A DNA stretch of 64,000 nucleotides from a virus (Duplodnaviria; Caudoviricetes). Positions 55,915-64,000 of the stretch are shown here, in pieces. The notes beneath the pieces are model-generated. The model did no database searches. It saw only the letters and a list, made by a program, of their open reading frames with translations, and had not been told where the DNA came from. A program made the translations under genes and the position numbers. Position 1 is the stretch's first letter; each line of letters opens with the position of its first letter. Where the stretch lies: IMG/VR virus record IMGVR_UViG_3300042268_000478, positions 1 through 64,000 of that record; one strand, given 5' to 3'.

Positions 55915-58900
55915 CAAACAGCGGGGAACAGGTATAAAAAATCTCTTGCTCGCTAACGACGCCAATGAAACCACGGTAAAAAAAGTGCTTTCATACACTT
56001 CTGCCGAAGGCGAAAAACAGCTCTGGCCAAACGCGCCGACGCATCTGCGTATTGAGTCAAATTACGATGACTCGACCGCCGTCAGAATCGAAAACGGCAA
56101 AATCTATGGTCATCCGGTAATTGATCCGGGCAGCGACCTTTACAAGCCGTTGGAAATCACCGTCACGCCGTTCCCCATAAATTCCGCATGGACGCTGGAA
56201 GCGGAGAATTTCGACCTTGGGCAACACGCCGGTAAAATGTTCCACGGTAAACAAACCGTCACTTTTGATGTGTCTGTACCGTCCGTCGTCGGGCATTTTC
56301 TGCACCGGATCAGCGCCGTGCCGAACGCCGGTGAAGCAGAACGAGCCGTTTTCAGTTTCTGGAGCGTGAAGTTTTCCGAATCCGCACTGATCCCTAAACA
56401 CTGGTGGAGTTTTGATGACGAAACCCTTGCAGACCAGGTTGGAAACATGCCGCTGGTCAAGGAGACCACCGAGGGGACGACCACCTACACCGACGGAGTA
56501 AGGCGCAAGGCGTTGCAGGCTATTTACGTCAACGGCGCGACTGAACCAAACACCTACCGGGCTACAGTCAATCCATCCATGGCAAACGGCTTGAGCCTCA
56601 GCATGTTCGGGCAAATCAACCGGGGCGGCAGTTTTGGTTTTGTTGATTTAAATGATTACAACGCCACCAACGGCAATCATTTCGCCTTTAACTGGTATTA
56701 TCGGCAACCGATTAATCTGCTTCTGGACGGATACGGCACCACGACACCGGAATCAACCGCATATGACCGCCTTGAACAAGGCGAATGGCATCATCTGGCG
56801 TTGACCATGTCGCCGCAAATTGATTTGGCTAATCATCCCGATATTGAGGTTGACTACAGCGAAAACCAGTACGGCACAATTCGCTATGCCTCGCCGCATG
56901 TTGACTACAGCACAGAATGGGTCTGTGATTATTACAACAATTATTTAACACAGGAGTTTTACCTGGCGAAGTTCTATATTGACGGCGTGCTTCATTCCGA
57001 AAAGCTCATGAGCTTTTGGCCTGGAGGTTTCAATACTCCCGGCAACGGCGTGATAACATTAGATTTCAACAATTCTAATGAACAGGACGGTTATTATCCT
57101 GACCGAGTCGATGAACTTAAAGTCTTTGAACATGAGTTGTCGTTAGCGGAAATCCGCGGCGAATGTTCGTTGATTGGCTTGCAGTTTGAGAGCGACAACC
57201 CGACCGAGGGCGGCGGTGTAACTGTAGAGCCAATCGAACGCTCCGGGCGCAGTCGCGACGGCGAACCACCGGACATTGCCGCCGTGCCGCTGGACTGTCG
57301 ACTCAAGGCGTTTGTGATTGACAATCAGACCATCGCCGTCGGCGGCAACTTCCGCGATTTTTTCCTTGAGCGGCTGGAGACGGAGTTTCCTAACCTTGAC
57401 GCGACCGAGTTCAATTTTCGCAATGGTTTTTCGCACCGCTGGAGCCGGGACTTCAACTACCTCTATAATATGTGGGAGCTGTACCGCGACTATCAGCCGT
57501 TAATTGTTGCGGCGATGGACGATGCAAGCAACTGGTCGGTTGACAACTCACCGGTGACGATGCTCGGGCGCTGGCAGAACTCCACCGGGCTGATGCGCTT
57601 CGGCGACGCTTACGACGGCACGGACGTTGTCACCACCGATTGCGCCGATATTGTTCATTTTGCCTACTTGCGTTTGCCGCAGCCAATGACCGAGGAGAGT
57701 TCACATGCAGTGGATTGGAACGGCAATCAGCTTGATTTTAGCTATTCGCGCGATAAAGCGGCAAGCAGCATCAAGGTGAATCAGGAGGGCTATCTACCCG
57801 AGGCCAGGCGCAAGTACGCCTACTTTGGCACATGGCTCGGAACCGGAGGCGCGTATCAACATTCGTTGAACGATCTGACCTTTCATTTAGTTCCGGTCGG
57901 CTCGACAATTCCGGCGTTCACCGGAACGATGACCAGGCGTAACACCGCTGAAACCCACACGCAGGGCGACGTGACTTTCCAGCTTACCGGCGAGGAAACT
58001 TACGTCTGCGATTTTTCCGCATTTCAAACCGAGGGTGATTATCAAATCCATATCCCGTCGGTCGGCTACAGCCATGTGTTCAAAGTCGGCAAAGCCGCTC
58101 TCGGCAAGGCGTTCTGGACGCATTGCCGGGGCATGTTCCATCAGCGTTCGGGCTGTGATTCGGTGGTCAATCCGTACACAAACTGGGAGTTTCCTGGAGC
58201 GGCACACTACTGGACGTGGGAGTCGAATTTCATCTGCGACGACCAGAGTTACAACAACTGCGCCACGGTCGACGGCACGACCTACGGCGAAATATTCCCG
58301 CAACGGCATTTTTCAATGATTCCGAATAACGTCACCGGCAAACTTTACCGCGATTTGCGCGGCGGCTGGTTCGACGCGGCCGACTTTGACCGCAGGCCCT
58401 ACCACTTCTACTGCGTCCGGGATTTGGTTGAGGCGTATTTGCGCTTTCCGCAGAATTTCACCGACAGCCAGCTTGACCTGCCCGAAAGCGGCGACGGCAT
58501 ACCCGACGTCCTTTCGGAAGCTGAATGGGGCTTGGACGTCTGGCGTCGGGCGCAGAAAACCAACGGTGGCGTGGCCTGCTGGATTGAGGCAGACGGACAC
58601 GAATCAGGCTGGCCGTGGGAGTCGGATAGAAAGTATTACATCGGCATGCCGAACCGTAAGGACTCGTTGGAGTACGCTCAATGCGCTGCCAAGTTTGCCC
58701 GCGCTTTGCGGCTTGCCGGTACTCCGTCGGCATTGGCCAAGGCCGACGTTTACACCGAATCGGCCGTCAGGGCGTTTAACTTCGGTATTAATCCGGTCAA
58801 CGCCGCCACGCTGGAGTTTACTCAAACCAACAGCTCAAACAGTCAGTTTGACTTCAGCTACACCGAAGCGGCGGAGCGCGCCGACTGGCATATCGTTCCC

Positions 58901-59806
58901 GCCGCTGCGGCATTGCTGGCGCTGACCCGCGAGCCGAGGTTCGCCAAACATGTCACCGAATCGGCATGGGACAATTATTTCAGCTCATTGCAAGGCGATG
59001 AGAATAATTTTGCTCAGCGATGCTGTACGGAACTGCTGTTTGATTTGACGGCGAATTTCCCGGACTATTCAAAGGCTCTGCGTGAGTTTATCATCGCCAA
59101 GGCCGACCAGTGGCAAGGCTATCAGGAGCAGCAACCGTATTTCGAGATGAACTGGCCGCCGAACCATCAATTTTACCAGTATGTAAGTTGGGGCGTGGGA
59201 CATCCTGAAAAGCGCGGCAAAGCCTTTATCTACGCATGGCTGGTGACCGGCGACGACTCGTACCGGGACTCGGCGTTGCTGGCGATGGACAACTTTGCTG
59301 GGTGCAACCCGATGGGCAGGAGTTTGACCACCGGGCTTGGGAAAGTGTCGCCGATTCATTTCCTCAACAGTTGGTTGCCTCGGGCTGAAATTGAACTCGG
59401 ATTGCACGAACCGGTGCCGGGCATTACGCCGTATACCTATATCGGCGACGGCGCAGGCAAAAGCACATCGCACGGGTTCTGTTTGTGGAAAGGCGCGAGG
59501 ACGGATTTTGGTTTCGACGAAATGACCCAAAACATCCTGCCCGGTGGCTACAGCCAAACGGTCGCGCCGTCGCGCGGCAACGTCGCCCAGTGGTTGCAAA
59601 TCAACTGGCCGTTGTGGCGGCACGTGTTCGAGCTTGAGGCGTACAATGTCGCCCAAAGCGAATTCACAGTCAGTGAGACCGTCAGCGGTAAAGCCTTTAT
59701 GGCCGGATGCCTGATGGGCAGCGGCGTTACGCCCGATCCGGCATGGAAAACCGCCAGCCCGGCAACCGAAAGATACGAGCCGGAAGGCTTGGTCTATTTA
59801 CCATAA
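55898..59806 (+). CDS. LamG/ConA-like domain + CelD-type Ig domain + glycoside hydrolase family 9
   Basis: LamG: WWSFDD..WHHLALT..FYIDG..VDELKVFEHEL; Ig: IKVNQEGYLP; GH9: DLRGGWFDAAD, ESGDGIPDVLSEAEWGLD, GCNPMGRSLTTGLG..P.H, QSEFTV. Confidence 0.85.
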   Translation: MLQHLDKQRGTGIKNLLLANDANETTVKKVLSYTSAEGEKQLWPNAPTHLRIESNYDDSTAVRIENGKIYGHPVIDPGSDLYKPLEITVTPFPINSAWTLEAENFDLGQHAGKMFHGKQTVTFDVSVPSVVGHFLHRISAVPNAGEAERAVFSFWSVKFSESALIPKHWWSFDDETLADQVGNMPLVKETTEGTTTYTDGVRRKALQAIYVNGATEPNTYRATVNPSMANGLSLSMFGQINRGGSFGFVDLNDYNATNGNHFAFNWYYRQPINLLLDGYGTTTPESTAYDRLEQGEWHHLALTMSPQIDLANHPDIEVDYSENQYGTIRYASPHVDYSTEWVCDYYNNYLTQEFYLAKFYIDGVLHSEKLMSFWPGGFNTPGNGVITLDFNNSNEQDGYYPDRVDELKVFEHELSLAEIRGECSLIGLQFESDNPTEGGGVTVEPIERSGRSRDGEPPDIAAVPLDCRLKAFVIDNQTIAVGGNFRDFFLERLETEFPNLDATEFNFRNGFSHRWSRDFNYLYNMWELYRDYQPLIVAAMDDASNWSVDNSPVTMLGRWQNSTGLMRFGDAYDGTDVVTTDCADIVHFAYLRLPQPMTEESSHAVDWNGNQLDFSYSRDKAASSIKVNQEGYLPEARRKYAYFGTWLGTGGAYQHSLNDLTFHLVPVGSTIPAFTGTMTRRNTAETHTQGDVTFQLTGEETYVCDFSAFQTEGDYQIHIPSVGYSHVFKVGKAALGKAFWTHCRGMFHQRSGCDSVVNPYTNWEFPGAAHYWTWESNFICDDQSYNNCATVDGTTYGEIFPQRHFSMIPNNVTGKLYRDLRGGWFDAADFDRRPYHFYCVRDLVEAYLRFPQNFTDSQLDLPESGDGIPDVLSEAEWGLDVWRRAQKTNGGVACWIEADGHESGWPWESDRKYYIGMPNRKDSLEYAQCAAKFARALRLAGTPSALAKADVYTESAVRAFNFGINPVNAATLEFTQTNSSNSQFDFSYTEAAERADWHIVPAAAALLALTREPRFAKHVTESAWDNYFSSLQGDENNFAQRCCTELLFDLTANFPDYSKALREFIIAKADQWQGYQEQQPYFEMNWPPNHQFYQYVSWGVGHPEKRGKAFIYAWLVTGDDSYRDSALLAMDNFAGCNPMGRSLTTGLGKVSPIHFLNSWLPRAEIELGLHEPVPGITPYTYIGDGAGKSTSHGFCLWKGARTDFGFDEMTQNILPGGYSQTVAPSRGNVAQWLQINWPLWRHVFELEAYNVAQSEFTVSETVSGKAFMAGCLMGSGVTPDPAWKTASPATERYEPEGLVYLP

Positions 59807-59828
59807 TAACCAACAAAATGGAGGATTT

Positions 59829-60251
59829 ATGAATCGTTTCCAAGAAATCAAACGGCTCATCGTATTTGCGGATGAACTCCGGCTTGACAACCGTGTGATT
59901 GTCCGCAAGTATCGCAATTATGAGCTTGCGTCAATCTACAACGGCATCGGGCCGGACGCATTCCCCGATTGGCTTCGGGGGTTGATAACCGGACTGCATC
60001 CAACGCTGGCAGTCGTAGCGTTCATCCACGATATAGAGTGGCACGAATCAGACGGATCGGAGGAGAAGTTCACCGAATCCAACCGCCGTTTCAAGGCCAA
60101 CGGCTACAAGGCTGCCAAAGCCTTGCATGGCTGGTGGAACCCGCGGCGCTACCTGGTCATGAATCAGGCACGAAAGTTCGGCAATCTCTGCCAATGGTTC
60201 GGCTGGTTCGGCTGGCTTGAAGCACAAAACAAAACCAATGGAGGAAAGTAA
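59829..60251 (+). CDS. HD-motif protein (DUF1353/phospholipase A2-like)
   Basis: YNGIGP...FIHDIEW...N.RF; GGAGG SD. Confidence 0.45.
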   Translation: MNRFQEIKRLIVFADELRLDNRVIVRKYRNYELASIYNGIGPDAFPDWLRGLITGLHPTLAVVAFIHDIEWHESDGSEEKFTESNRRFKANGYKAAKALHGWWNPRRYLVMNQARKFGNLCQWFGWFGWLEAQNKTNGGK

Positions 60252-60253
60252 AC

Positions 60254-60628
60254 ATGTTCAAAATCATCATCACACTTAGTCTTATCATAGTTATCACGGG
60301 ATGTTCCCACAATGTTTCAACTTATTCGGACGGTGTCGGGCTTGAAACCACATTCCGGCCGGATTCGGGCAACTTCGGGATAATCCTGCGCTACGGCAAA
60401 ATTTGGAACCTTGTCGCCCGCGAAAACACCGAAGCCGAAATGACAGGTTCAAATGAACTCGATGCCAAGGGCAATCCGGTAAGTGGCAAAACCGACGGCA
60501 ACGTAAAAATCAAAATCGGCACGCAGACCACCGGCTACGAGCGCGACGTTATCAAACTGCTCAAGGACAACCCCGAGGCAATCAAGGCATTTTACGATTC
60601 AAAGAATCAGGTAAATTCAAAGCCCTAA
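60254..60628 (+). CDS. lipoprotein (spanin-like candidate)
   Basis: Signal MFKIIITLSLIIVITGC; last gene of the late operon. Confidence 0.6.
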   Translation: MFKIIITLSLIIVITGCSHNVSTYSDGVGLETTFRPDSGNFGIILRYGKIWNLVARENTEAEMTGSNELDAKGNPVSGKTDGNVKIKIGTQTTGYERDVIKLLKDNPEAIKAFYDSKNQVNSKP

Positions 60629-60634
60629 ATCCCC

Positions 60635-60677
60635 AGTCCCGTCGTGAGCAAATCCAGTCATTGCGGGACTATTTTTT
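60635..60677 (+). terminator. possible terminator of the late operon
   Basis: AGTCCCG...CGGGACT stem (long loop) followed by ATTTTTT. Confidence 0.4.
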
Positions 60678-60843
60678 GCCCTCAGCCGTGAAATTAAAGA
60701 TACTAAAATTTATATGCAAGAAATAGCGATAATAGATGCTGTTTGAGCTTGAAACGAGTGGCTATTACCCTTGTTCACGCTAATGTAGCTACAGTACAAG
60801 GTACGATAAGCGAACCTCAAAAAAAACAAAAACGGAGAACAGC

Positions 60844-61782
60844 ATGAGCAAGCAAAAAGCAACCTTTAACGACCTGACCATCGGCGTGGAAATCGAACTG
60901 GTAGGCATCGAACGCGACACGGCCGCAGAAGCCATTAAATCGGTAGTAGGCGGCAACGTCCGCTACCTCGGCGGAGCCTACAACGCATGGAGCGTTACCG
61001 ACGAAAGCAACAGAGTTTGGAAAATAGTTAGCGACTCAAGCCTCGACGCACCGCGCCACCTGCAAGTCGAGGTCGTCAGCCCGATTTTAAAGTATGACGA
61101 CATCGAAACCTTGCAGGAAGTTTTAAGAGCGTTACGCAGAGCCGGAAGTCGCACCTCACCATCGGCCGGAGTTCATATACACATTGGCCAAGAACCATTT
61201 AACGTTAAACAACTTGCGAATCTAGCCAAGATGGTCTACAAGAACGAAGAGCTTTACATCCACGCACTCGGCATCCACCGCCAGCGCATGCAGTACACCC
61301 AACGGATGAATCAACGGCTGATAGACGAAATCACTGCCAAGCCACCGAAAACCATCGAAGACCTCAACAAAGCAATTTACGGCTACTACAACGACTGCCC
61401 AGAGCATTACAACAGCGCAAGGTACTCTATCCTCAACCTCCATGCCGCCATTACCGGCCCCACGATAGAATTTAGAGCTGCGAATTCAACCTTGCACAGC
61501 GGTAAATTACGCTCATATATATTACTAGTTATGAGCCTCGCACTAAAAGCCTTAAATTCTAAATGCGCCTCCAGCAAGAAAAAGGCATTTAACGAGGAGA
61601 GTGCCCGATATGACATGAGAGTTATACTACTCAACCTTGGCTGGAAAAATTCACCTATTTTCAAGAATCCGCGCAAACATCTTTTAGCCAACATGCCCGG
61701 TAGCTCAGCCTTTAAAACTCAAGCCCAAGCCGATAAACACGCCGCCAAGTACGCCGCCAAGCGTCGGGCTGAAAAACAGTAG
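60844..61782 (+). CDS. putative amidoligase (COOH-NH2 ligase type 2)
   Basis: TIGVEIEL, WKIVSDSSL, EVVSPIL, SAGVHIH, RYSILNL, TIEFR. Confidence 0.9.
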   Translation: MSKQKATFNDLTIGVEIELVGIERDTAAEAIKSVVGGNVRYLGGAYNAWSVTDESNRVWKIVSDSSLDAPRHLQVEVVSPILKYDDIETLQEVLRALRRAGSRTSPSAGVHIHIGQEPFNVKQLANLAKMVYKNEELYIHALGIHRQRMQYTQRMNQRLIDEITAKPPKTIEDLNKAIYGYYNDCPEHYNSARYSILNLHAAITGPTIEFRAANSTLHSGKLRSYILLVMSLALKALNSKCASSKKKAFNEESARYDMRVILLNLGWKNSPIFKNPRKHLLANMPGSSAFKTQAQADKHAAKYAAKRRAEKQ

Positions 61783-61792
61783 GAGGTAGCCA

Positions 61793-62233
61793 ATGTTTTA
61801 CTACTTCGCCTACGGCTCAAATCAAGACCCGAAAAGGGCGGCACGCCGGATGCCCGGCGCGATCGCCCTTGGCGTGGCGACTCTCCACAATTACCGCTTA
61901 GCCGAACGGCTCTATGCCGATGTTGATTTCGGTGAGGGAGCCAGCGTCCAAGGCGTTTTATATCTGATTAACTCGGCGCAATTATTCAATCTCGACATCT
62001 GCGAGGGCTACCCACTGGTTTACAAACGGCAATGGCTGGAGGTGGAGTTTCGTGGCGAAAAGCTACTGGCAATCACCTACGAAATGACCGCCGTCACCAA
62101 AGCCCAACGCGAGGGTAAGCCATACCCAGAAAAATATCGAAAAATCTGTCACGCCGGAGCGCGGCACTACAAAATCAAAAGCCAATTTACCAAGAAAAGG
62201 AGTAAGAAACCATGTCCGAAAACAAAATCATAG
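61793..62233 (+). CDS. gamma-glutamylcyclotransferase-like (GGCT/AIG2) protein
   Basis: YFAYGSN, V.GVLY, LDICEGYP..Y. Confidence 0.88.
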   Translation: MFYYFAYGSNQDPKRAARRMPGAIALGVATLHNYRLAERLYADVDFGEGASVQGVLYLINSAQLFNLDICEGYPLVYKRQWLEVEFRGEKLLAITYEMTAVTKAQREGKPYPEKYRKICHAGARHYKIKSQFTKKRSKKPCPKTKS

Positions 62234-62577
62234 CCGTGTACGGAACTTTAAGAACTGATTGCAAAAATCACCACTTCGCCGCCGGAGCAATCAGTAACCA
62301 GCCATGCACAATCACCGGAACGCTCTACGATACCGGCTACGGCTTTCCGGCATTTGAACTGGAAGGCAACACCGAAATTGTCGCTGAACTCATCGAAGTA
62401 ACCGCTCAAGATTTCGCCAATATAGAAAAACTGGAAGGTTACCCGAACCTTTACCGCCACCAACAGATCCCGGCAACGCTCCCCGACGGCTCAAATGTTC
62501 AAGCATGGGTTTACATCATGAACCGTTTACCCGAACATGCCACCGTAATCAAATCCGGCGACTGGAAAAAGAGATAA
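62212..62577 (+). CDS. gamma-glutamylamine cyclotransferase-like (GGACT/YtfP) protein
   Basis: AVYGTLR...NH, G.FPA, LEGYP.LY, AWVY, IKSGDW. Confidence 0.88.
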   Translation: MSENKIIAVYGTLRTDCKNHHFAAGAISNQPCTITGTLYDTGYGFPAFELEGNTEIVAELIEVTAQDFANIEKLEGYPNLYRHQQIPATLPDGSNVQAWVYIMNRLPEHATVIKSGDWKKR

Positions 62578-63338
62578 CCGCAACCACAGCCCTACAGAAA
62601 TAACGCCACACACCGCCAACGTTCGCCTCAACGTGCGATTATATCCACGGCTCGGCATCGGCCTATAGCCGACCAAAATAATAACGCGACAAATCGCCAC
62701 AGCTCTGCGAATCTCGGCAAGGTCAACAATCTCCCAATAACTTTGTAATAAAGTGGTTGCTATAATCTAAACCCACGCCATTGTACGCACATCGAGACCC
62801 GCCAGCAGCCCGCAACACCGACAGCGGAGCAACCCCGTGCCGGCCGGGGGATATAAATTGTCGGCCCTTTCTATTGTTGAACTTTCTCCTCGACCACTGG
62901 TCGGCGGTTCGTTGTGTTAATTTAAGAAAGCAGTTTTATTATATACGAACTGCAACATCCCTTGGATTTGAGGCTGATTTTGATAAATAGAGAAAATTCG
63001 ATGCTTTAAAAATATCGAGTAAAGATCGGATTTATTTATCGACCTTTGCTTTTTCAAAGAGATTTATTGAAATTTTAGTCTGTTTCGCACATGTTCTTTC
63101 TTAAGTACTTATTCTCTAAGTAGTTAGCTGTAAATGTAAAAGTAAAGGACGGCGACCTTTACTCAACGGAGAATTTGCGGGGATTTGGCTTGCGGATGGC
63201 AGATGAACACGGATTTGGAGATTCTCTGCTGGCTTGATTGCGAGAGAATGAAACTTCGCTAAGTCTTTACTGTCAGGCAGATATGTGACTTGTTTGCCTG
63301 TGTCGATTCCAATGGACTGGACGGCAGAGAATGAAAAA

Positions 63339-63346
63339 AATGGTCG
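63339..63346. other. putative right attachment core of the prophage
   Basis: AATGGTCG, identical to 5080-5087; overlaps the tRNA 3' end. Confidence 0.65.
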
Positions 63347-63387
63347 GGATGAGAAGATTCGAACTTCCGACCTTTTGACCCCCAGTC
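63341..63387 (-). tRNA. 3' half of tRNA-Pro(GGG): att remnant, not an intact gene
   Basis: Minus strand GA CT GGG GG TCAAA AGGTC GGAAG TTCGAAT CTTCT CATCCCG A CCA; no D arm or 5' acceptor strand upstream. Confidence 0.9.
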
Positions 63388-63408
63388 TATAGCATCAAGC
63401 AAAGAATA

Positions 63409-63434
63409 CTGAAAATGTTCTGAAAATGTTCTGA
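63409..63434 (+). repeat. tandem 11-bp direct repeat (candidate integrase arm-type sites)
   Basis: CTGAAAATGTT CTGAAAATGTT CTGA between the tRNA fragment and the integrase-like ORF. Confidence 0.6.
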
Positions 63435-63519
63435 TTATACCCTAATGAAGCGCTTGTAATGGCGAGACTGAGCGTATATATTCCAGACAGTATAGCAAAC
63501 AAAAATAACCAGTAAATCT

Positions 63520-64000
63520 ATGTCTGTTTTTAAAAGAAAAACCACAAAGGGCGAAACCAAAGAATACCACTACAAGTTTATATGTGGTGGAAAAACATTT
63601 TACGGCGTATGCAAGGAATGCTATGACATCAAAGCAGCCCGTGAGTTTGAAGCCAATCAAAAAAACCTCGTTAAAGAATTGGCATCACAGAAAAGCGTTA
63701 AAGCTCTTGTTGAAAACTTCCGTAATGAACTGTCTGGCGGCGTTAAAATTCCTTTAACGAAAGCATTTGATTTATCTCTAAAAAAGCCAAGGCGCTTTAA
63801 CGCGTCAGAAAAGCACATTGATGTAAAACGTTCTCAATTCGATGATTTTGTACAGTATATGAAGGCTAAGCATAAAGATGTTATAAATATATCGGACGTG
63901 CAGAAAATGCACTCAGAGGGCTATATACATTATTTACGGACAAACGGAAAATTCAATAAAAAAGTATCATTCAAGAATAGAATGAAGGGAGGCAAAAAGA
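63520..64000 (+). CDS. probable tyrosine integrase, N-terminal part (runs off the window)
   Basis: Open frame MSVFKRKTTKGETKEYHYKF...AAREFE...FDDFVQYM...YIHYLR (arm-binding plus core-binding-like) next to a tRNA att remnant; catalytic domain not visible. Confidence 0.6.
   Translation, partial: MSVFKRKTTKGETKEYHYKFICGGKTFYGVCKECYDIKAAREFEANQKNLVKELASQKSVKALVENFRNELSGGVKIPLTKAFDLSLKKPRRFNASEKHIDVKRSQFDDFVQYMKAKHKDVINISDVQKMHSEGYIHYLRTNGKFNKKVSFKNRMKGGKK

Larger units (their letters stand above)
5080..63346. mobile_element. complete prophage (siphovirus-like, large serine recombinase type) inserted at the 3' end of a tRNA-Pro
   Basis: Terminase, portal, capsid, tail tube, tape measure, repressor/ImmA and serine recombinase all present; AATGGTCG direct repeat at 5080-5087 and 63339-63346, the latter overlapping the tRNA CCA end. 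Confidence 0.85.

Noticed and set aside
50581-59806. Diversity-generating retroelement or shufflon acting on tail fibres
   Set aside because: No reverse transcriptase or small invertase, and no template/variable repeat pair seen; the AIDA repeats are degenerate at DNA level.
62781-62990. 69-aa ORF near the right end
   Set aside because: TTG start, no SD and no motif; more likely non-coding terminal sequence.
63341-63420. Intact tRNA-Pro gene
   Set aside because: Only the anticodon loop, variable loop, T arm and 3' acceptor strand are present; the upstream sequence cannot form the D arm or the 5' acceptor strand (CGGGATG absent).
1-64000. CRISPR array or cas genes
   Set aside because: No regularly spaced direct repeats and no Cas motifs seen.

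Overview
The window appears to hold a complete ~58 kb temperate siphovirus-like prophage (~5080-63346). It is inserted at the CCA end of a tRNA-Pro(GGG) 3' fragment. To its left lies an AT-rich array of small, mostly membrane-protein genes (1-5062). To its right begins a second element with a probable tyrosine integrase (63520 onward). Prophage layout, left to right: (i) a defence cargo of a 1226-aa Mrr-like nuclease/STAND NTPase, a NUDIX hydrolase, NgoPII-like and HaeIII-like endonucleases, a third putative nuclease, Vsr, two HaeIII-like C5 methyltransferases and an RHH regulator; (ii) a large serine recombinase module; (iii) a leftward recombination/replication/terminase operon; (iv) a central control cassette (sigma factor, XRE repressor, ImmA/IrrE protease, two unknowns) bracketed by a 55-bp, 54/55-identical inverted repeat; (v) a rightward head-tail operon that starts with a C5 methyltransferase carrying a nested out-of-frame gene; (vi) an amidoligase plus two gamma-glutamylcyclotransferase genes. 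The most striking feature is in the tail-fibre module. An AIDA-I/TibA-type 19-aa-repeat protein with no signal peptide and no autotransporter barrel is followed directly by an apparently intact Aah/TibC-family O-heptosyltransferase, and then by a LamG + GH9 glycoside hydrolase protein. This suggests a phage-encoded system for heptosylating a virion adhesin, next to a cellulase-family depolymerase. All family assignments come from motif recognition by eye, not from database searches. The host lineage (PVC group, possibly Lentisphaerae) is an inference only.
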